From Dubosiella newyorkensis (lineage in GTDB: Bacteria; Bacillota_I; Bacilli_A; Erysipelotrichales; Erysipelotrichaceae), in NCBI RefSeq assembly GCF_001945605.1, contig NZ_MPKA01000104.1, positions 1 through 11,740 on the forward strand: a stretch of 11,740 nt of DNA. Direction: 5' to 3'. The notes beneath the pieces were generated by a model. The model had not been told where the DNA came from. It worked only from the letters and a program-made list of their open reading frames with translations, and did no database searches. This document shows positions 7,743 through 11,740 of this stretch, in pieces. The translations under genes and the position numbers were made by a program. Numbering within the stretch: position 1 is the stretch's first letter; each line of letters begins with the position of its first letter.

Positions 7743-8816
7743 TTATTCCTCTTTCGCTTCTTCGCTTTTTTCGTCGCTTTCAAAAAGCGCATCATCGCTT
7801 TCTTCATGCGGCTGCATCGAAGCTTTTAAGCGCGTCTCCAATTCTTCCTTCAAGTCTGGATGGCTCTTGATAAACTCTTTGGCCGCTTCTTTTCCTTGAC
7901 CGACCTTCTCTCCTTCGTACGAATACCAGGCACCCGCTTTTTTCAAGATGCCCGCCTCGACACAAAGATCGACAAGTTCCGAGATCGCGGAAACGCCTTC
8001 GCCATACATGATTTCCAAAACGACCGTTTTGAATGGAGCGGCTACTTTGTTTTTCACGACCTTGACTTTGACTTTGTTTCCGATGATATCCGATCCATTT
8101 TTGATCGTATCCGCTTTTCTGATATCGATGCGCACCGAAGAATAGAACTTCAAAGCTCTTCCTCCAGGCGTCGTTTCCGGGTTTCCATACACGATCCCGA
8201 CTTTTTCACGAAGCTGGTTGATAAAGATCGCTGTACAATCTTTCGCGTTCATGATGCCGGCTAGCTTACGCATCGCTTTTGACATCATCCGCGCTTGCGC
8301 GCCTACTTGCAGATCGCCCATTTCTCCATCCAATTCGGATTGAGGAACAAGAGCCGCCACACTATCGACGACGACAAGATCGACCGCGCCGCTTTCGATC
8401 AACATGAGCATGATATTGAGACCCTGCTCACCAGAGTCAGGTTGCGAAAGGATCAAATCATCGATATTGACACCAAGCTTTTGCGCGTATACCGGATCGA
8501 TCGCGTTTTCCGCGTCGATAAAAGCCGCCCGGCCGCCTTTTTTTTGAACTTCCGCGATCGCGTGAAGCGCTAAAGTCGTTTTACCACTCGACTCAGGCCC
8601 AAAGATCTCGATGATCCTGCCTTTTGGATATCCTCCGATCCCAAGGGCCTGGTCGAGCAATAAAGAACCTGACGGGATCGGTTCGACATCCGTTCCCGCG
8701 CGATCTCCCAAACGCATCACCGCGCCCTTACCATATTCGCGTTCAATATCTTTTAAAACATCATTCAATAACTTATCGCGATCTTTAACTTCTTCCGTTG
8801 CCGCTTTTTTTGCCAT
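7743..8816 (-). CDS. recA: Recombinase RecA
   Basis: The RecA sequence is unmistakable: Walker [23 protein letters not shown], the L2 loop and [10 protein letters not shown]. It ends in an acidic C-terminal tail. Confidence 0.98.
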   Translation of the reverse strand: MAKKAATEEVKDRDKLLNDVLKDIEREYGKGAVMRLGDRAGTDVEPIPSGSLLLDQALGIGGYPKGRIIEIFGPESSGKTTLALHAIAEVQKKGGRAAFIDAENAIDPVYAQKLGVNIDDLILSQPDSGEQGLNIMLMLIESGAVDLVVVDSVAALVPQSELDGEMGDLQVGAQARMMSKAMRKLAGIMNAKDCTAIFINQLREKVGIVYGNPETTPGGRALKFYSSVRIDIRKADTIKNGSDIIGNKVKVKVVKNKVAAPFKTVVLEIMYGEGVSAISELVDLCVEAGILKKAGAWYSYEGEKVGQGKEAAKEFIKSHPDLKEELETRLKASMQPHEESDDALFESDEKSEEAKEE

Positions 8817-8893
8817 ATTCTTTTCCTTTCCGTGTTTTATTCTAAGTTTATAAGTACAGATAAACGATATCTTTTCAATCTAATTCCTCGATT

Positions 8894-8922
8894 ATTATAC
8901 TAAAAACACAAATAAAACACAA
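8894..8922 (-). promoter_or_regulatory. Candidate SigA promoter for recA
   Basis: On the minus strand: -35 TTGTGT (8917-8922), a 17-nt spacer and consensus -10 TATAAT (8894-8899). It sits about 75 nt upstream of ATG 8816. There is no terminator between cinA and recA, so read-through from cinA is also likely. Confidence 0.5.
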
Positions 8923-8933
8923 TAAAAATACAG
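8901..8933. repeat. Three tandem 11-nt direct repeats overlapping the recA promoter
   Basis: The plus strand reads TAAAAACACAA / ATAAAACACAA / TAAAAATACAG at 8901-8911, 8912-8922 and 8923-8933. The period is 11 nt, about one helical turn. Confidence 0.55.
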
Positions 8934-8938
8934 AATTT

Positions 8939-9415
8939 TTATGATTTTTTCTGTATGATTTGTAGAAGTTCGTGAATCATTTCAGCAACCGCACGCTCAC
9001 GGACAGCGTTGCGATCTAGATCGAACAATTCCAGTTTAAAATCGTATAGATCCCCATCTGGGCCTGCGATCGCGCAAAAAACTAGACCCGCTTTTTTCCC
9101 TTCCATGGCGCTCGGTCCCGCATTCCCGGTAAAGGAGAGGGCGTAATCGACATCCATCAAGCGCTTTGCGTTGAGCGCCATCGCTCTAGCGCACTGCTTC
9201 GAGATCACACCGTACTTTTCGATCAAGATCGGTGATATATCCAGCATTTTCTCTTTCATCTCGGTAAAATACGTAATAAAACCACCCTTTAACACAGCGC
9301 TTGCTCCAGGCACGGAGGCAAGCGTCGAAGCGAAAAGGCCTGCTGTCAAGCTCTCGGCGCTTCCAATGGTAAGTTCTTTTTCTTTACAAAGCGCGATCAA
9401 TTTCTCTTGTTCCAT
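8939..9415 (-). CDS. cinA: CinA C-terminal-domain protein (PncC-type nicotinamide-nucleotide amidohydrolase), stand-alone
   Basis: The 158-aa protein contains ESLTAGLFASTLASVPGAS, FITYFTEMK and SFTGNAGP, typical of the CinA_C/PncC domain. I prefer ATG 9415 (GGAGAG 6 nt upstream, TGATG overlap with the pgsA stop) over GTG 9418. Confidence 0.85.
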   Translation of the reverse strand: MEQEKLIALCKEKELTIGSAESLTAGLFASTLASVPGASAVLKGGFITYFTEMKEKMLDISPILIEKYGVISKQCARAMALNAKRLMDVDYALSFTGNAGPSAMEGKKAGLVFCAIAGPDGDLYDFKLELFDLDRNAVRERAVAEMIHELLQIIQKKS

Positions 9416-9993
9416 CACATGCTCTCCAAGACATATTTTTTCAATTTGTCAAAATAGATCCAGCCACTATAGAGAGAAGCCAGCGTGGCCGCCCACAATA
9501 CGATCGAAGCAAGCGGGAAGCCAAATAGAGCGCAAGGCCAATTGTTCAACAGCAATAAAATGATCGCGCACATCTGAAGCACCGTTTTCAGCTTGCCAAA
9601 AAAACCCGCTGATACGACTTCCCCACTTTGCGCCGCGCTCATGCGCAACCCATCCACGATCAAATCGCGCGCGATCATCAACAAGACCGCCACGACATTG
9701 GCTTGATGCGCCCAAACCAACAAAATCAACACTGTATTGACAAGCATCTTGTCCGCGATCGGATCCGCGAACTTGCCAAACGACGTGATCCAATGGTGCT
9801 TGCGCGCCAGCATCCCATCAAAATAATCTGTGATCGAGGCGATCGCGAACACGAGAAGCACGAGCAGATTACGGATACCTAGGTGTGTCGCTTCATTGAC
9901 GATTCCCGCATCCGCAGGAATACAAAGATATAATGCGACGACCACAGGAACGAGACAGATCCGAACGATCGTCAATTTATTTGGTAGATTCAT
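9415..9993 (-). CDS. pgsA: CDP-diacylglycerol--glycerol-3-phosphate 3-phosphatidyltransferase
   Basis: It has the CDP-alcohol phosphatidyltransferase motif DYFDGMLARK...GKFADPIADK and is a multi-TM protein. The start ATG 9993 forms an ATGA overlap with the rodZ stop. Confidence 0.9.
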   Translation of the reverse strand: MNLPNKLTIVRICLVPVVVALYLCIPADAGIVNEATHLGIRNLLVLLVFAIASITDYFDGMLARKHHWITSFGKFADPIADKMLVNTVLILLVWAHQANVVAVLLMIARDLIVDGLRMSAAQSGEVVSAGFFGKLKTVLQMCAIILLLLNNWPCALFGFPLASIVLWAATLASLYSGWIYFDKLKKYVLESM

Positions 9994-11036
9994 AAACCCT
10001 CCATATCTGTGCCATAGGCATAAGGATCATAATATTGATCGCTTTCATCATACCCGCTTCCCCAATACTCGTCTTGTGAATTGCCATCGTAATCTGGCTG
10101 ACTTTCTTGCACAGGCTGAAGTCCAAAGGCCAGCGTCAAGGAAGCCTCTTTATCCTGCTGTGTTTCATTTGGCTGATAGATGACTTGATTTCCATTCAAA
10201 GAGATGGCGTTATTCGCGTATTGAGAAATCACAAGGCGATACTCCGCGGGCTGCTCGCAAGTGATGATCGCTGAAAAATCGGAATCGACTTCCTGATCAG
10301 AGCTTCCTGCGATCAGCGTATCTCCTTGATAGAGCTCGATTTTCGTTTTATTTGGAACCGAAACCTTCAATTCAACGACCCAAGGCATTGCTTGCTCGCT
10401 GTTGATATAATAGATCCCGTTCTCTTGGCTTTCGAGCTGGATCGTCGTTTTCGCTTCGTTGAGCTTCGTTTCCTTACGCTGTTCTGAAAGCCGCTGTGTT
10501 TCTTGTTCTTTCGCTTGCAGCTCCGCTTTCCTTTCCGCTTCGCGGGCGTTTTCTTCCCGGGCGCTCAAGCTAGAACCAAGAACATTGCTCAAGACCAAAA
10601 ACAGAGCGAGCGCGCCGATCCCTAAGATCGCTAAGCGCGAGATCCTCTTTTTTGGCCAATGCAGCATCCGGCTTGTTCTAGATACACTTGTTTGATAGCG
10701 GGAACGTTTCTTCTTCGTCCGCTTGGCCGCTGTTTCGCGCGGAATGTTCTGTACGATCTTTTGCTGGGCCATCGTAAGGGCCATGTTCTTTTTATGCGCG
10801 TAATATTTGATCGTTTGATCCACTTCGAGCTGGATCACATCCCAGTTGACGCCGATCGCATTGGCGTAAGAATGAACAAAATAGCGGACAAAAGAATAGT
10901 CGTCCGAAAACACGTCGAGATCGTTCTCTTCGATCGCTTTTATATACTCAGGCGCTAGACGCGTCTGGTTTGAGACATCTTGAATGGAAAGCTTTAGGTC
11001 GATTCGTCGCTGTTTTAAGATTTGATAATAAGTCAC
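9990..11036 (-). CDS. rodZ: RodZ/YmfM-like cytoskeleton-associated membrane protein (XRE-type HTH, single TM)
   Basis: Domain order: N-terminal HTH (LKQRRIDLKLSIQDVSNQTRLAPEYIKAIEEND), a basic linker, TM LAILGIGALALFLVLSNVL, a charged coiled-coil-like stretch, a beta-rich C-domain and an acidic Tyr/Asp-rich tail. The position upstream of pgsA-cinA-recA matches B. subtilis ymfM. GTG start at 11036 with a GGGGGAG RBS. Confidence 0.75.
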   Translation of the reverse strand: MTYYQILKQRRIDLKLSIQDVSNQTRLAPEYIKAIEENDLDVFSDDYSFVRYFVHSYANAIGVNWDVIQLEVDQTIKYYAHKKNMALTMAQQKIVQNIPRETAAKRTKKKRSRYQTSVSRTSRMLHWPKKRISRLAILGIGALALFLVLSNVLGSSLSAREENAREAERKAELQAKEQETQRLSEQRKETKLNEAKTTIQLESQENGIYYINSEQAMPWVVELKVSVPNKTKIELYQGDTLIAGSSDQEVDSDFSAIITCEQPAEYRLVISQYANNAISLNGNQVIYQPNETQQDKEASLTLAFGLQPVQESQPDYDGNSQDEYWGSGYDESDQYYDPYAYGTDMEGL

Positions 11037-11059
11037 TAAAACTCCCCCTTTAGGTTCTC

Positions 11060-11068
11060 ATTATAGCA
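11060..11068 (-). promoter_or_regulatory. Extended -10 promoter (TGCTATAAT) for rodZ-pgsA-cinA(-recA)
   Basis: Minus-strand TGcTATAAT lies about 24 nt upstream of the GTG start. A T8 tract occupies the -35 region. Confidence 0.5.
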
Positions 11069-11161
11069 AAATTCGTATCGAAAAAAAACGTTCATCGAAA
11101 CCTTTCCATCACGTTCCTTCTACTCTATATCAATACGACAAAAACGATAAAAATGGTCCCG

Positions 11162-11192
11162 CAAAAAGAAAAAAAGTCGAACAAATCGACTT
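11162..11192 (-). terminator. Orphan Rho-independent terminator (minus strand)
   Basis: The stem AAGTCGA (11174-11180) / TCGACTT (11186-11192) has loop ACAAA. On the minus strand it is followed by a U-rich tract (A-rich 11163-11175 on the plus strand). No intact minus-strand gene lies upstream of it in the window. Confidence 0.5.
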
Positions 11193-11280
11193 AGACTGTT
11201 GAAAAAAGCAGGGTTTTAAATCATCCGATAAGCTCGTAGGGGTTTGTCAAAAACAGAAATTTAGATTGTCCTCAAACTTG

Positions 11281-11740
11281 ACATGGTACCAAGCCAATAT
11301 CAAACCGAAATATCTGAAACACAAGATAAAAACGACCATATCTAAAGGGAATGATCGAAAACTTCACAATCTTCTGAAAAGACAATTCAATCCAAAAGAT
11401 CCCGACAGTATATGGTGTACCGATATCACCTATATCTGGACAGAGGAAGGATTTGTCTATCTGACCAGCGTGATGGATCTGTATTCCAGAAAAATAGTCG
11501 GGTGGGTGATGACTCGAAATATGGAAGCCGCAAAAGTTCTGGAGTGTATAGAAATAGCCAAAAGAAGACGAGGAATCAAAAAGCCATTGGTGATCCACAG
11601 CGATCAAGGAGTCCAGTACACAAGCGAAGAATACAAAAACAAGACAGAAGGAATGGAAAGATCGTATTCGAGAAAAGGCAATCCATGGGACAACGCCTGC
11701 ATCGAAAGCTTTCATTCACTGATCAAGAGAGAATGGATCA
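11281..11740 (+). mobile_element. IS3-family transposase (OrfB, DDE/rve domain) fragment, 5'-truncated, runs off the window
   Basis: Frame 1 is open from the TGA at 11278-11280 to the window end. It reads ...NLLKRQFNPKDPDSIWCTDITYIW...YLTSVMDLYSRKIVGW...VIHSDQGVQYTS...SRKGNPWDNACIESFHSLIKREW. The DDE residues fall at about 11422 (D), 11602 (D) and 11704 (E). orfA and the first ~90 residues of orfB are absent. There is no in-frame ATG/GTG/TTG for 63 codons. Confidence 0.85.

Noticed and set aside
2065-9848. Several GCGATCGC octamers (for example near 2068, 3373, 8556, 9066, 9840) resembling the cyanobacterial HIP1 palindrome
   Set aside because: The gene content and regulation (T-box, ymfM-pgsA-cinA-recA synteny, lipobox, extended -10 promoters) are Bacillota-like, not cyanobacterial. 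The octamers are adequately explained as a subset of the general CGATCG/GATC excess reported above.
2295-10958. Numerous 60-145-aa ORFs antisense to or out of frame with metI, metN, pncB, pncA, recA, cinA, pgsA and rodZ (for example 2317-2754, 3028-3318, 7860-8264, 9171-9563, 9467-9793, 10659-10958)
   Set aside because: Each is nested within a confidently identified gene. They are rich in Arg/Ser/His, as expected for off-frame translation of this GATC/CG-rich coding DNA, and they lack RBSs.
11070-11088. Streptococcal com-box/cin-box-like TACGAATT preceded by a T8 tract upstream of the rodZ-pgsA-cinA operon
   Set aside because: This is tempting because cinA-recA is the archetypal cin-box operon. 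However, it is only a 7/8 match, and a 7-mer is expected about once by chance in 2 x 11.7 kb. The T-tract spacing differs from what I recall for ComX promoters. The sequence sits in the spacer of a strong TGCTATAAT SigA promoter. It would be worth rechecking only if the genome encodes a ComX/SigH-like factor.
11081-11093. GAACG half-site plus a T-run in the -35 region of the rodZ promoter, considered as a possible degenerate LexA site
   Set aside because: Only one half-site is present, because the partner arm is TTTT rather than GTTC. This is insufficient for a Cheo box.
11272-11715. 147-aa minus-strand ORF from the ORF track
   Set aside because: It lies entirely antisense to a clearly recognisable IS3-family DDE transposase frame on the plus strand. 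Its sequence is low-complexity and Phe/Ser/Ile-rich with no recognisable motifs. It is most likely a shadow ORF.
1-11740. Search for CRISPR arrays, tRNA/rRNA genes, toxin-antitoxin pairs or defence-island genes
   Set aside because: I found no spaced direct repeats beyond the 3 x 11-nt unit at 8901-8933 and no cloverleaf-like or rRNA-like segments. All sizeable ORFs have housekeeping or IS assignments. Nothing supports a defence or other novel multi-gene system in this window.

Overview
This is an 11.7 kb, mostly core-genome segment from a low-GC Gram-positive (Bacillota-like) chromosome. Left to right it holds: the 3' end of a PfkB-type sugar kinase, a LacI-family regulator, and a minus-strand metN-metI-metQ-type ABC importer behind a complete T-box leader. 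Next come a short, degenerate amidohydrolase-like ORF, a divergent alpha/beta-hydrolase, and then one long minus-strand block, rodZ(ymfM)-pgsA-cinA(PncC domain only)-recA-pncA-pncB. The window ends in a 5'-truncated IS3-family transposase fragment. The rodZ-pgsA-cinA-recA order is the classic Bacillus-type synteny. Several gene pairs are translationally coupled through ATGA or TGATG overlaps. Promoters are mainly extended -10 (TGnTATAAT) types, and most terminators are clear hairpin plus U-tract structures. I see no rRNA, tRNA or CRISPR array and no convincing new multi-gene system, so this looks like an ordinary housekeeping region. Points worth a second look:
- A roughly fourfold excess of GATC (higher for CGATCG) that is confined to coding DNA.
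- A 239-aa amidohydrolase-like protein that lacks the HxH metal site.
- A T-box whose specifier reads CAUG, so the register could be Met (AUG) or His (CAU).
- Three NAD-salvage genes bracketing recA.
- A recA promoter with no Cheo/LexA box but three phased 11-nt repeats.
- A terminator embedded in the pncB coding tail.
- The IS remnant next to an orphan terminator.
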